From Microcystaceae cyanobacterium (GTDB lineage: Bacteria > Cyanobacteriota > Cyanobacteriia > Cyanobacteriales > Microcystaceae), in contig JBGTGT010000061.1 of NCBI GenBank assembly GCA_041746575.1, positions 1 to 53,868 on the forward strand: 53,868 nucleotides of DNA, read 5' to 3'. Positions 1 to 9,781 of the stretch are shown one piece after another. The first letter of the stretch is position 1; each line of letters begins with the position of its first letter. The translations under genes were made by a program, and so were the position numbers. The notes under the pieces were generated by a model. The model made no database searches and was not told where the DNA came from. It worked only from the letters and a program-made list of their open reading frames with translations.

Positions 1-671
1 CCGATGTGATTTTCTAACTTCTTAGAAAAAGATAAGGCTTTTCTAACAAGCCTTTAAATCCGTTGTCTTAAGGTATTATTAAGCCTTTCTATCTGATTCG
101 TTTGTCCACTTGATTTGCCAACAGCTCGATGTCTTTTTTGAGGAATTACTGTTTCATAAGCTTCCCAAAAATCTGTATAACAAACTGCACACTGTCGGTA
201 AACTGCTGGCAAGGATTTCCATAATTTTCTGGCCGATTCTCTTGAGCGGTCGCCTATATAACAACCCACAATTTCACGGCTATTTCTATCAATCGCAAGC
301 CAAACCCATTGTTTATTTTCTTGATGATCTACCAATGAACACAATTCGTCTATTTCGACCGTTACTTTTCCTTTCCTTTTTTCTGAAACCTTTACTTCAC
401 AGGGCATCTTAACATATTTAGTTTTAACATAATTTTGAAGCCAAGTCATAGATACTCCTACAACTCTTGTGATTCCTGCTCAAGAAATACGTTCTAATAA
501 CCGTTTATCAATTAGTTCTCTTTCTTCAAATGTAACGATTTTATTAGTAGCATTTTCGACAAACTGTCTCCCACAGTTTCGACAGAGATGTTTGGATTTT
601 CCATTATGGATTGAACCATTTTTTACAACCTGAGTAGAACCACAAGAAGGACAGGGCGGTTTTAAGGACAT
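1..671 (-). pseudogene. IS1 InsAB transposase pseudogene with two in-frame stops
   Basis: CPSCGS..KNG..CRNCGRQF, then IDE..WVWLAIDR..YTDFW..IERLNNTLRQRI, all in one frame. TGA at 480-482 (RIS*AGI) and TAA at 54-56 (QRI*RLVRKALSFSKKLENHI). Confidence 0.85.
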
Positions 672-864
672 TGCAGAACTATTGAGTCTGATTAGCTATC
701 TCGATAGTTTAACTTAAAGAAACCCACAAATCAAGAGCCTACAGAAAAATTTACGCTAACAACTATCTGATTTTAGTTGTACATCCAAAACTCAACTTGA
801 ATCCGAATTTATCCACGTCATCCCATTACCATTTTCAACTTATCACTACTTAAATTACACTACC
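1..864 (-). mobile_element. IS1-family insertion sequence, partial (runs off the window start), decayed
   Basis: InsA-like zinc finger and InsB-like DDE motifs. A GGTAGTG terminus, typical of IS1 ends, reads on the minus strand from 864. The other end is outside the window. Confidence 0.8.
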
Positions 865-890
865 ATAATAGCTTTCTAGCTCAATAATTC

Positions 891-914
891 AGGGTCGAAC
901 AGAATTCAACCCCT
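891..914. repeat. REP-like imperfect palindrome
   Basis: AGGGTCGAA-cagaa-TTCAACCCCT. A similar GGGCAAA-tacta-TTCGCCC lies at about 41374-41392. Confidence 0.4.
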
Positions 915-959
915 ATGAAAATAATTAATAAATTGATTTTGAGGCGTCATTATACTCGT

Positions 960-1061
960 TTAATTACTCTTAAACACTAAAGTGACCAATCGGGGAAGCA
1001 ACAAACAGAAAGCTGTATTAAAAGCGATCATAATTGTTAGTTCAATGCTACTCATTTCCAT
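960..1061 (-). CDS. small hydrophobic protein (33 aa)
   Basis: MEMSSIELTIMIAFNTAFCLLLPRLVTLVFKSN, with GAGG 5 nt upstream of the ATG. Below the ORF-track cutoff. Confidence 0.5.
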   Translation of the reverse strand: MEMSSIELTIMIAFNTAFCLLLPRLVTLVFKSN

Positions 1062-1280
1062 ATTGACCTCGTTAAGTATCCGTTATTACATTTTGGCTTA
1101 AAGCTTCTAGTATTTATAATAACCAATTCTTCTGAGAAAGATCATAGATATAAATTGAAATTGCTGTTCACTCATATAAGTTTATCTAATTTAAAGTTAA
1201 ATATGCTTTAGAATAGCTTATTTACTATCCTGATCATAGAGAAAATTCTCTATCTATTTCTAAAATGCAATTGATAAACC

Positions 1281-1643
1281 TTAATCATCATGCTGATAAC
1301 GAATGATTTCAATCATCACGTCGCCATCAAAATCGGGAATAGGCGGTCGTTTAATCACTTGTACTTGAACCCCAACGACCCTATCTAAGCTTAACAGTTG
1401 ATCAGCGATCGCTTGCGCCAACCGTTCAATCAAAGCAAATTTCTCAGTCGTAATGACTTGTTTAACCCGCGCAATCACCTCACAATAATTAATCGTATCC
1501 TCGAGACAATCGCTCTTGCCAGAAATTTTTAAATCTGCGCTTAATGTCACATTCACTTCAAACCATTGACCTAATTGTTGTTCTTCCGGAAAAACCCCAG
1601 TATAACCATAAGCACGAATTTTTTGAACGTAAATTTTATCCAT
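1281..1643 (-). CDS. folB: dihydroneopterin aldolase
   Basis: MDKIY..YGYTGVFPEEQQLGQWF..DTINY..FALIERLA..K.PPIP motifs, 120 aa. Confidence 0.95.
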   Translation of the reverse strand: MDKIYVQKIRAYGYTGVFPEEQQLGQWFEVNVTLSADLKISGKSDCLEDTINYCEVIARVKQVITTEKFALIERLAQAIADQLLSLDRVVGVQVQVIKRPPIPDFDGDVMIEIIRYQHDD

Positions 1644-1849
1644 AGTTTAGGCGTTTAGTAAATTATTTTACAGAAAATAGCAATCGTTTTCATTCCCTGA
1701 CAATCTCATATTAGTTAGCATAATGACAAAAAAAAGAAAAGTATTTTTTATTATTTATAAATAGATTTTTTAACCCTTTTCAAGGTAATATCATGATAAG
1801 TTCCCAGCTTTTTCAACTTTTACCTCTGTTCAATTATACCCTCTCTCTA

Positions 1850-2482
1850 ATGATTTACTTAGATTCTGCTCTTATTTCTGACGCTCAGCATATTGCTTCT
1901 TTAGGATGGGTAAAAGGAATTACCACCAATCCTACCCTTCTCTCCAAAAGTGATCTTTCACCGGCACAAACCCTAGAAAAATTAGCTCAACTCAGCCCCG
2001 GTGATGTTTATTATCAGGTAACAGCAACCGAGGTCGAATTAATGTTGAAAGAAGCTGAGCACGCCCGCGAAATTCTAGGACATAAAACGGTGATCAAAGT
2101 TCCTGCAACACCTGCCGGTTTTCAAGTGTGTGCGCATCTTGTTGGAGATATGCCTTGTACGGTAACCGCCGTTTATAATGCTACTCAAGCGATTATCGCA
2201 CGGGAAGCACAAGCTCATTCGGTAGCTGTTTACGTCAATCGAGCGACACGTTTACTGGGAGATGGTTTAAGCCTAGTCAGAGAAATTAAAAACGTTTTAG
2301 AGGGTTATTCGACTCAAATTCTGGCCGCTAGCCTCAAATCTCCTCAAGAAGTGATTGATGTTGTCAAAGCGGGTGCAGACGACCTAACCCTTCCCCTACC
2401 CCTTCTTTTACAATTACCTTGTCATTCGTTATCAGAAGCCACCGTGACAGAATTTCAACAAAAAGGCGTCGGTCTTTGTTAA
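1850..2482 (+). CDS. transaldolase / fructose-6-phosphate aldolase family protein
   Basis: MIYLDSA, GITTNPTL, VIKVP and ILAASLK motifs. Start moved to the ATG at 1850. Confidence 0.9.
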   Translation: MIYLDSALISDAQHIASLGWVKGITTNPTLLSKSDLSPAQTLEKLAQLSPGDVYYQVTATEVELMLKEAEHAREILGHKTVIKVPATPAGFQVCAHLVGDMPCTVTAVYNATQAIIAREAQAHSVAVYVNRATRLLGDGLSLVREIKNVLEGYSTQILAASLKSPQEVIDVVKAGADDLTLPLPLLLQLPCHSLSEATVTEFQQKGVGLC

Positions 2483-2547
2483 AGAAAAAAGGTCATTAAA
2501 ATAACCGTATAAAACCAAATTGACAGTTATTTTCGCTGTTTTCATCC

Positions 2548-2622
2548 TTCCCGTAAATTTACAGAGATTTCCCGTAAACGTTAGCCCAGCTTTGCGTATA
2601 TTCACGGGATAACTGTTATAAT
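2548..2622 (+). promoter_or_regulatory. promoter with repeated TTCCCGTAAA boxes and extended -10
   Basis: TTCCCGTAAA at 2548 and 2569 (21-bp period), an inverted variant at 2601-2610, and TGtTATAAT at 2614-2622. Confidence 0.5.
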
Positions 2623-2652
2623 GAGCAAAATAACTGAACAAGGCAATCTAAG

Positions 2653-2823
2653 ATGGACAGATTTTTGTATCAATTAACGGTTTTAGCCTCAGCAACGTGT
2701 GTCGGCATTATTTTCTTATCTATTCTCTTTCCTTCTCATCGTAGGGCAAATTTAGCAAATGTATCGTCTAATCTTGAGCCGAATAATTTGCAAGTTCAAT
2801 TGATTCAATCTCAAGAAAAATAA
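2653..2823 (+). CDS. small single-TM protein (56 aa)
   Basis: MDRFLYQLTVLASATCVGIIFLSILFPSHRRANLANVSSNLEPNNLQVQLIQSQEK, 30 nt downstream of the extended -10. Confidence 0.55.
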   Translation: MDRFLYQLTVLASATCVGIIFLSILFPSHRRANLANVSSNLEPNNLQVQLIQSQEK

Positions 2824-2911
2824 GAAAACGCCGCATTTAACCCAGAAGAATACCTAAACTGGATTCAAAATTCAATGCGTATTGCTGTTAAGTTTCAGAA
2901 AAATTTAGCAG

Positions 2912-2933
2912 AATAAAAGCGAGGAAACCTCGC
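2912..2933 (-). terminator. intrinsic terminator of prs
   Basis: GCGAGG/CCTCGC stem followed by TTTTATT on the minus strand, downstream of the prs stop. Confidence 0.55.
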
Positions 2934-2970
2934 CGCTATTTACTCCAAAATATTAATTTTGGAATCAGTT

Positions 2971-3963
2971 TTAACGAAACATACTGCTGACTGAACTATC
3001 CTCATGAATGCGCCAAATCGCTTCACCGATCAAGTTTGCCACCGAAAGAACGGTTAATTGAGGGAATTGCTTATTTTCAGGTACAGGAATCGTGTTTGTG
3101 ACAATCACTTCTTCAAATGCGCCACTGGATAAACGTTCAATAGCCGAGCCTGAAAAAACCGCATGGGTTGCACAAGCATACACCTGACGTGCGCCTTCTT
3201 GTCGTAGTAAACGAGAACCTTCTAAAATTGTGCCGGCCGTATCAATCATATCATCCACTAATACTGCCGTTTTTCCTTTAACGTCCCCGATTAAATTCAG
3301 CACTTCTGCCACATTATGACTCTGGCGACGTTTATCAATAATTGCTAAGGGTGCGTCATTGAGTTTTTTGGCAAAAGCTCTCGCTCTAGCGACGCCTCCT
3401 ACATCAGGGGAAACGACCACTAAATCGGCTAAATTTTTACAGTTAAGATAGTCAAACAGAACAGGTGAACCATAGACATGATCGAAGGGGATATCAAAAT
3501 AGCCTTGAATTTGCGCAGAATGTAAATCCATCGCTAAAACTCGTTGCGCTCCTGCCTCCGTGATTAAATTGGCCGCCAATTTTGCCGTGATAGATTCTCT
3601 TCCGGCGGTTTTACGGTCTGCGCGCGCATAACAATAATAAGGAATAACGGCAGTAATTTGTCGGGCGGAAGCTCGTCGACAGGCATCAATCATAATGAGA
3701 AGTTCCATCAAATTATCATTGACAGGACGACAACAAGGCTGAATCAAATAAACATCGCAGCCTCGGATGGATTCTTGAATTTGAATATAAATTTCACCAT
3801 CGGCAAACTGTTTAGAAATCATCGGCCCAATGTCCATCCCCAAGTAGCGGGCGACCTCATTGGCTAGCGGAAGATTGGCACTTCCGGCAAACAAACGCAA
3901 GCGATTCTGCTCCGATAGGTATGAGATTATCGGATTCTGCGGTAACGTGGCAGTCTGATTCAC
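2971..3963 (-). CDS. prs: ribose-phosphate pyrophosphokinase
   Basis: FADGE, YARADRK, DLHSAQIQGYF, VVVSPDVGG and VDDMIDTAGT motifs. GTG start at 3963 chosen (the ORF extends to 3984). Confidence 0.97.
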   Translation of the reverse strand: MNQTATLPQNPIISYLSEQNRLRLFAGSANLPLANEVARYLGMDIGPMISKQFADGEIYIQIQESIRGCDVYLIQPCCRPVNDNLMELLIMIDACRRASARQITAVIPYYCYARADRKTAGRESITAKLAANLITEAGAQRVLAMDLHSAQIQGYFDIPFDHVYGSPVLFDYLNCKNLADLVVVSPDVGGVARARAFAKKLNDAPLAIIDKRRQSHNVAEVLNLIGDVKGKTAVLVDDMIDTAGTILEGSRLLRQEGARQVYACATHAVFSGSAIERLSSGAFEEVIVTNTIPVPENKQFPQLTVLSVANLIGEAIWRIHEDSSVSSMFR

Positions 3964-4272
3964 AGTAAACTCTTGGCCCCCCAATTGCTTATTCTGGTCA
4001 TTGTATTTTTATTATAGGCGGTTTTTTGACTCATTCTTTAAGGTTTATTACAGAGAAAGAGGGAGCGAGTTCTTATCGAAAAGTTTGGGCAAAGTTAACA
4101 GGCGATCGCTCAAGCTGATACCTTGAAAAGGTTACACTTAATAACATCTTCAAGAGAATTTGGTTACACGTTCAAAGTTAATGCTACTATCATATAGTAG
4201 GAGAAACCAAGAATCGAGAGTGCACGTCAAGTTCCGCCTTCAATCCATTCATCTGGTTAGAGTAGAAAAGAC

Positions 4273-4326
4273 TTGTCTCCGAAATCTCAATTCTCGTTCA
4301 CGTTCAAGTCATATTGCTGGAGACAA
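4273..4326 (+). promoter_or_regulatory. rbp 5'UTR stem that pairs with the Shine-Dalgarno
   Basis: TTGTCTCC (4273-4280) is perfectly complementary to GGAGACAA (4319-4326). TCTCCGAA is the box conserved in cyanobacterial rbp leaders. Confidence 0.6.
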
Positions 4327-4336
4327 CGCAAGTATC

Positions 4337-4615
4337 ATGTCAATTTTCGTTGGAAATCTTCCTTATGAAGTAAGTGAAGATGATATTAAAAAGGTTTTTG
4401 CTGAATACGGTTCAGTCAGCCGAATCCACCTGCCCACCGATCAAGAAACGGGTCGCATTCGAGGGTTCGCTTTCGTGGAAATGGGAACCGAAACCGAAGA
4501 AGATTCAGCGATCGCAGAACTTAATGGCGCAGAATGGATGGGACGGACAATGCGGGTGGACAAAGCTCGCCCCCGTGAAAACAGACAAAAAAGGGGTAAT
4601 TTCAACCGTTTTTAA
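4337..4615 (+). CDS. rbp: RRM RNA-binding protein (cyanobacterial Rbp, no Gly-rich tail)
   Basis: RNP2 IFVGNL and RNP1 RGFAFVEM. True start at ATG 4337. Confidence 0.95.
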   Translation: MSIFVGNLPYEVSEDDIKKVFAEYGSVSRIHLPTDQETGRIRGFAFVEMGTETEEDSAIAELNGAEWMGRTMRVDKARPRENRQKRGNFNRF

Positions 4616-4645
4616 CAGTCCTTAACGGTCAAACATTTTTTTTAG

Positions 4646-4717
4646 GCATCTGGATACTCAAAACGGTGATCGGGTTTTGATAAGATAGTTATAGTTTTAG
4701 CATCAATGTCCAGATGC
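4646..4717 (+). other. intergenic RNA structure
   Basis: Outer stem GCATCTGGA/TCCAGATGC enclosing an inner TCAAAAC/GTTTTGA hairpin. Confidence 0.5.
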
Positions 4718-4744
4718 TAGTTGTTTATTTAAGAGGTTGTCCTA

Positions 4745-4900
4745 GTGGCTAAACGCCGAAATCTAAAAAAAGAAAAAGCACAAAGAAACCGAGCTTACGC
4801 TCGTCAGTTCCGTCAGAAATCGTCTAATTCTTCTCGATACAATCGTTATAATCGCAATTCTGAGCAATCGAATCAGGATGAGAAGGAAGAATCGGATTAA
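4745..4900 (+). CDS. small basic protein (51 aa)
   Basis: GTG start with GAGG upstream; MAKRRNLKKEKAQRNRAYARQFRQKSSNSSRYNRYNRNSEQSNQDEKEESD. Resembles a small protein I recall downstream of cyanobacterial rbp genes. Confidence 0.75.
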   Translation: MAKRRNLKKEKAQRNRAYARQFRQKSSNSSRYNRYNRNSEQSNQDEKEESD

Positions 4901-5975
4901 ATGGGCTGTATTGCAAAGACTGCAAGGTATTTTCCCGAATATCTGCAGTTTGCCCGAAGACAGAAAACATCAAGGCTTCTCGATAAACCCGTTGGGCAGG
5001 ATGACTTAAAAGATTGGCTGCTCCCCCAGAAGCCATAACAGCCGCTTGAGAACAGCGTCCTGCCAAATTAATCGCCCAAACCCTTAGCTTTAAACGACGT
5101 TCGTAGAGAATCTCGTTAGAGGATAATAGCATTCGTTCTCGGCAGAGGTTAACTTCCGTCGACAGTTGCGCATAAACTTTTTTTGCATTCGCAGAAACTC
5201 GATTTTGCCGTAAAATATCGCCTAAGATGTCTAATCCGGCTAAAGCGCACCCCAAGGCGTAAAAACCCTGATGGAGAACGTTTTGACAATCCTGTTGACG
5301 AAGGGTGACGGGCGATTTAATCATCACCACGTATTCAGGTGTCAGTAACCAGCGATTAAGCGTAGCAGTGACCGTCCGACAGGGTTGCATAATTGCTAAA
5401 TGCAGGGGCGGACTTAACTGTATTTTGCCCCCAGACGGCTGTTCAGAGGACTGAAAAGGAATCATGCCATACAAAGCGTCTCCCGTGGGTAAAATCGCCC
5501 CTAAAATCACCCAGTCAAAAAACGTCCATCCCGTTATCCAAGGGACAATTCCGTTAATTTCATAACCCTGAGACGTTGGGGTTGCTGTCACAGGTGGTTG
5601 TCCTCGACGACGCAAATGGGAATGACTAACCGCCATTAAAGAGGCTCCTGTAGCCATAGACGGCAAAAAAGCTTGTTTTAGAGATTCGTTAGTGCTTTTC
5701 GCGAGTCGTTTGCCAGCGCTTTGATGTTGCGTTTGCAAAAAGGTTAATGTGCCAGAATAACGAGCAATCAGGATTTGAAAGCAACGGTAAGTATATTCGT
5801 CTAGTTCTGCCCCTCCCCATTGTTGCGGTACATTTAGAGCTAATAAACGGCGATCACCCATCCCTTTTAAGGCTTCTAACAGGGTTTCAGCATCTTGATC
5901 AATGGCTGAGGCGCAAGGACGAATTTTTTCTTGAAAATACTGTTCAGCAAGGGTGAGGATATCCAAAGCGGTCAT
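4824..5975 (-). CDS. acyl-CoA dehydrogenase family protein
   Basis: VPQQWGGA, INGIVPWITG and SGGAA..HPAQRVYREA motifs. Confidence 0.85.
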   Translation of the reverse strand: MTALDILTLAEQYFQEKIRPCASAIDQDAETLLEALKGMGDRRLLALNVPQQWGGAELDEYTYRCFQILIARYSGTLTFLQTQHQSAGKRLAKSTNESLKQAFLPSMATGASLMAVSHSHLRRRGQPPVTATPTSQGYEINGIVPWITGWTFFDWVILGAILPTGDALYGMIPFQSSEQPSGGKIQLSPPLHLAIMQPCRTVTATLNRWLLTPEYVVMIKSPVTLRQQDCQNVLHQGFYALGCALAGLDILGDILRQNRVSANAKKVYAQLSTEVNLCRERMLLSSNEILYERRLKLRVWAINLAGRCSQAAVMASGGAANLLSHPAQRVYREALMFSVFGQTADIRENTLQSLQYSPFNPILPSHPDSIAQNCDYNDCIEKN

Positions 5976-6086
5976 TGCCAGCGTAATCGTTCCTACTTTT
6001 AAATGATTAAAATTAAGTTAACATGGTTCCTAGAATTTGCGCCATGTCATCGTTTAAAAATGTTTTTCTGCTCTCTAGCATAGATT

Positions 6087-6584
6087 ATGTCTATTATTGT
6101 AAAATCGGTTGATTATCTGACAGAAAAGGCGACCATTGACAGAATTCGTATCGCTGTTTTTCAACAAGAACAAGGGGTTAATCCGGCTTTAGAATTTGAT
6201 GGCTTGGATCAAGAGGCCGACCATTTGTTAGCCTATTGGCAGGCTCAAGGGGTAGGGACGGCTCGCATTCGCTATTTTGATTTCGATCAGGTAAAGATTG
6301 AAAGGTTGGCTGTTCTTAAAACAGCAAGAGGTCGAGGGATTGGACAAAAATTAATGGAGTTTGCTCTTCATTTTATTGCCGCTCAACAGCAATACCCCAT
6401 CATTATTATTCATGCTCAAGATTATCTTAGAGCCTTTTATCACAAACTGGGCTTTTCTCAGGTGGGTGACCCCTTTGACGAAGCGGGAATTCTCCATGTT
6501 AAAATGATTAAATATCTAACGGATTTTCCTCGTAAAGTTTCTGATTTAAAAAACCATGGCATTAACAGAAAAAACGCTTTCTAA
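6087..6584 (+). CDS. GNAT N-acetyltransferase (ElaA/YjcF-like)
   Basis: IR..VF..EQGV, KIERLAVL..RGRGIG and FY..LGF...G.PFDEAGILH motifs. Confidence 0.9.
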   Translation: MSIIVKSVDYLTEKATIDRIRIAVFQQEQGVNPALEFDGLDQEADHLLAYWQAQGVGTARIRYFDFDQVKIERLAVLKTARGRGIGQKLMEFALHFIAAQQQYPIIIIHAQDYLRAFYHKLGFSQVGDPFDEAGILHVKMIKYLTDFPRKVSDLKNHGINRKNAF

Positions 6585-8094
6585 TGTAGCGGGTAATCCT
6601 TTAGAAGGATTGAGAAAAGTCGATCAACTTTGGTTAGATTATCGTTTAGGAAATCTACCTATTCCCTCGGTGATTGATACTGATTCGACCTTAATAGATT
6701 CCCTAGAATGGGATATTATTATTAGTGGAGGAACGCTCGGCATTCTCCTCGCAACAGCGTTACAAAAGCAAGGATGGAAGGTTCTTATCATTGAAAGGGG
6801 TATTCTCAAAGGTAGACAACAAGAATGGAATATTTCTCGTCAGGAATTGAGGCATTTTTTGGACTTAGACTTATTATCCTCTGAGGAATTAGCGACAGCG
6901 ATCGCGACTGAATATAATCCGGCTAGAATTCACTTTCACAAGGGATACGAATTATGGGTTGAAGATGTTCTTAATATTGGCATTGATCCTGTTTTTTTAT
7001 TGGAAACACTTAAACAACGCTTTCTAAAAAGAGGGGGAACATTAAAGGAAAATACGCCCTTTCAGTCAGCAAAAGTGCATTCTAATGGGGTGGAAGTCAT
7101 GGCGGGAAATCAATCTTTTAAAACTCGTTTGTTAATAGATGCAATGGGACATTTTTCGCCGATTGTACGACAAGTTAGACAAGGAAAAAAGCCAGATGGC
7201 ATTTGTTTAGTGGTGGGCAGTTGTGCGCAAGGGTTTAAGAACAATGAGACAGGGGATTTAATTGCTTCTTTCACCCCTATTTTGAATCACTGCCAGTATT
7301 TTTGGGAAGCGTTTCCAGCCAAGGAAGGGAGAACGACTTATTTATTTACCTATGTAGATGCCCACCCTGAGCGATTTAGTTTAGAATTTTTGATGGAAGA
7401 ATATCTCAAACTATTACCTGAGTATCAAAATATTGAGTTAGAACAATTAACATTTGAGCGATTTTTGTTTGGCTTTTTTCCAGCCTATCGTCAAAGTCCA
7501 CTTGCTATACCTTGGGATAGGATTTTGCCAATAGGAGATAGTAGTGCTAGTCAATCGCCTGTTAGTTTTGGAGGATTTGGCTCAATGATTCGTCATCTTA
7601 AGCGATTAATTTATGGAATTGATGAAGCTTTAAAAACGGATAATTTAAGTCAAAATGCTCTTCATCTTCTTCAACCTTATCAACCCAATGTCTCTGTTAC
7701 TTGGTTATTCCAAAAAACGATGAGCGTGACTCTGGATCAAACCATTAAACCAAATCAAATTAATGACCTAATGAGTGGTGTTTTTGTGGTAATGGATCGC
7801 CTTGGAGATGATACGTTAAAACCTTTTTTGCAGGATGTTATTCAATTTTCTGCCTTAAGTAAAACGCTTATTCAAGTTAATCCTTTATTCGTGTTACCGA
7901 TGCTACCTCAAATTGGGTTAATGCCTCTGATAGATTGGAGTATTCACTATGCCAACCTAGGACTATATCGCAGTTTATATCCTGTTGCCAAGTTACTAAA
8001 TCCCCTTTTTACAAATTTAACGCCTTCTCTCCAATATTATTATCATCGTTGGTTAGACGCATTTCAATATGGCTCAGGACAAGATTACGATTAA
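6556..8094 (+). CDS. cruP: FAD-dependent oxidoreductase, CruP/CruA-type lycopene cyclase family
   Basis: GGTLG, QEWNISR, DAMGHFSPI, QYFWEAFP and SPVSFGGFG motifs; 512 aa fits the shorter CruP paralog. Confidence 0.75.
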   Translation: MALTEKTLSNVAGNPLEGLRKVDQLWLDYRLGNLPIPSVIDTDSTLIDSLEWDIIISGGTLGILLATALQKQGWKVLIIERGILKGRQQEWNISRQELRHFLDLDLLSSEELATAIATEYNPARIHFHKGYELWVEDVLNIGIDPVFLLETLKQRFLKRGGTLKENTPFQSAKVHSNGVEVMAGNQSFKTRLLIDAMGHFSPIVRQVRQGKKPDGICLVVGSCAQGFKNNETGDLIASFTPILNHCQYFWEAFPAKEGRTTYLFTYVDAHPERFSLEFLMEEYLKLLPEYQNIELEQLTFERFLFGFFPAYRQSPLAIPWDRILPIGDSSASQSPVSFGGFGSMIRHLKRLIYGIDEALKTDNLSQNALHLLQPYQPNVSVTWLFQKTMSVTLDQTIKPNQINDLMSGVFVVMDRLGDDTLKPFLQDVIQFSALSKTLIQVNPLFVLPMLPQIGLMPLIDWSIHYANLGLYRSLYPVAKLLNPLFTNLTPSLQYYYHRWLDAFQYGSGQDYD

Positions 8095-8140
8095 TTATAA
8101 TTCTTATTGACTATTTTTTAAACCTAACCTCTAAAACTGA

Positions 8141-8971
8141 ATGAAGAATTTACCGTTAACTTACCAAAAATTATATCGCGAAATTCAGCAACCTGATGAG
8201 CAAATTGATCTAGCTAAATCTGTCCTTCTTTTTGCATTTATTGAATATCCTGATTTGGACATTGCTGAATACTTGAATCAGTTAGATGCGATGGCAACTG
8301 AGGTTAAAAAAAGATTAACGAAGGCTTTTTATCCTTTAAAAATTCTGCAAACGATGAATCAATATCTCTTTGAAGATTTACGCTACCGAGGCAATACTCA
8401 GGATTATTATGATGTTCGTAATAGTTATTTGAATCAAGTAATTGAACGTCGTACTGGAATTCCCATTTCTTTGTCTATCATTTATTTAGAAATGGCGAAA
8501 CGAATTGACTTTCCAATGGTAGGAATTGGTATGCCGGGACATTTTTTGATTCGTCCCAATTTTGAAGAAGTTGGCATTTTTGTTGATGTCTTTAATCAAG
8601 GAGAAATTTTGTTTGAACAAGATTGTGAAGCCCTATTATCTCAGATTTATCAACAATCCATTAAATTACAATCTGGTTTTCTCGAACCGATTACTAATCA
8701 CCAAATATTAACCCGTACGTTGAATAACTTGAAGTATATTTATATTAATCAAGCAGAATATGAAAAGGCGATTATTACGATTGATTTGGTGTTGCTTTTA
8801 TTACCCAATCACCCTTTAGAATTAAGAGATAGAGGTTTACTTCACTATCAATTAGCCCATTGGAAACAAGCAACCAATGATCTAGAATTATATCTTCAAC
8901 TTTTGCCAACGGCACAAGATGCTGAAGCAATTCGTCAACTATTAGCTAAAATAAATCTAAGTTCGGGATGA
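8141..8971 (+). CDS. SirB1 family (transglutaminase-like + TPR) protein
   Basis: GN..DYYD..NSYLN.VI.RRTGIPISLS, GMPGHFL and ELRDRGL motifs. Confidence 0.9.
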   Translation: MKNLPLTYQKLYREIQQPDEQIDLAKSVLLFAFIEYPDLDIAEYLNQLDAMATEVKKRLTKAFYPLKILQTMNQYLFEDLRYRGNTQDYYDVRNSYLNQVIERRTGIPISLSIIYLEMAKRIDFPMVGIGMPGHFLIRPNFEEVGIFVDVFNQGEILFEQDCEALLSQIYQQSIKLQSGFLEPITNHQILTRTLNNLKYIYINQAEYEKAIITIDLVLLLLPNHPLELRDRGLLHYQLAHWKQATNDLELYLQLLPTAQDAEAIRQLLAKINLSSG

Positions 8972-9079
8972 GAAAATATTTTTTGGGAATTAGGCACAGT
9001 TTTGGCTCATATTCTTGGGACATGCGAGAATAATAGTCATTTTCAATTAAAGAGATCTATTAGAGACTCAAAACTGGAT

Positions 9080-9781
9080 TTACGCCAGATCAAACAATAG
9101 CAATTCTGACGAGGAATCCATGCCTTTAATCGTAATTTCTGCTTCATTAATAATGGCAATACCATCTCCTGCTTTGAGTAAATGACCATTAACTTCGACC
9201 GAACCTCTGGCAATTTGTAGCCACCCTTGACGATGGTTATTGAGGATATGTTTAACCTCCTCATTCGCTTCTAAAATAGTAGCGTAAAGGTAGGTATCTT
9301 GATGGACGATTACAGAACCATCGGTACCGTCAGGAGCAGCAATTAAGCGCAATTTCCCTTTTTTTTCAATATTATCAATGAATTTCTGTTCGTAGCTAGG
9401 GGGTAAATCTTTTTGATTGGGAATAATCCAAATTTGCAGTAAATAAACCGTATCGGTGGAAGAAGCGTTAAATTCACTGTGGATAATTCCTGTTCCAGCA
9501 GACATTCGTTGTACATCTCCGTGACGCATCATTGAACCATTGCCCAAGCTGTCTTTATGTTCTAGCGCGCCGGCAAGCACATAGGTGATAATTTCCATAT
9601 CTCGATGACCATGATTAGGAAATCCTTGCCCTCCTGCAATTTTATCCTCATTTATGACTCGTAAACTGGCAAATCCCATGTGACGAGGGTCGTAATAATT
9701 GCCAAAAGAAAAAGTATGAAAACTCTCTAACCATCCAAAGTTGGCTTTTCCTCTGGCTTGACTGGGGCGTATAGTAATCAT
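9080..9781 (-). CDS. pirin family protein (YhhW-like)
   Basis: [24 protein letters not shown] and [11 protein letters not shown] motifs. Confidence 0.95.
   Translation of the reverse strand: MITIRPSQARGKANFGWLESFHTFSFGNYYDPRHMGFASLRVINEDKIAGGQGFPNHGHRDMEIITYVLAGALEHKDSLGNGSMMRHGDVQRMSAGTGIIHSEFNASSTDTVYLLQIWIIPNQKDLPPSYEQKFIDNIEKKGKLRLIAAPDGTDGSVIVHQDTYLYATILEANEEVKHILNNHRQGWLQIARGSVEVNGHLLKAGDGIAIINEAEITIKGMDSSSELLLFDLA

Noticed and set aside
4160..4336. N-terminal ORF-track extensions (rbp, GH63 to 33714, DUF2231 to 49556, NDH-2 to 53112)
   Set aside because: Family motifs and RBS positions indicate downstream ATG starts; the extensions are UTR or overlap neighbouring genes.
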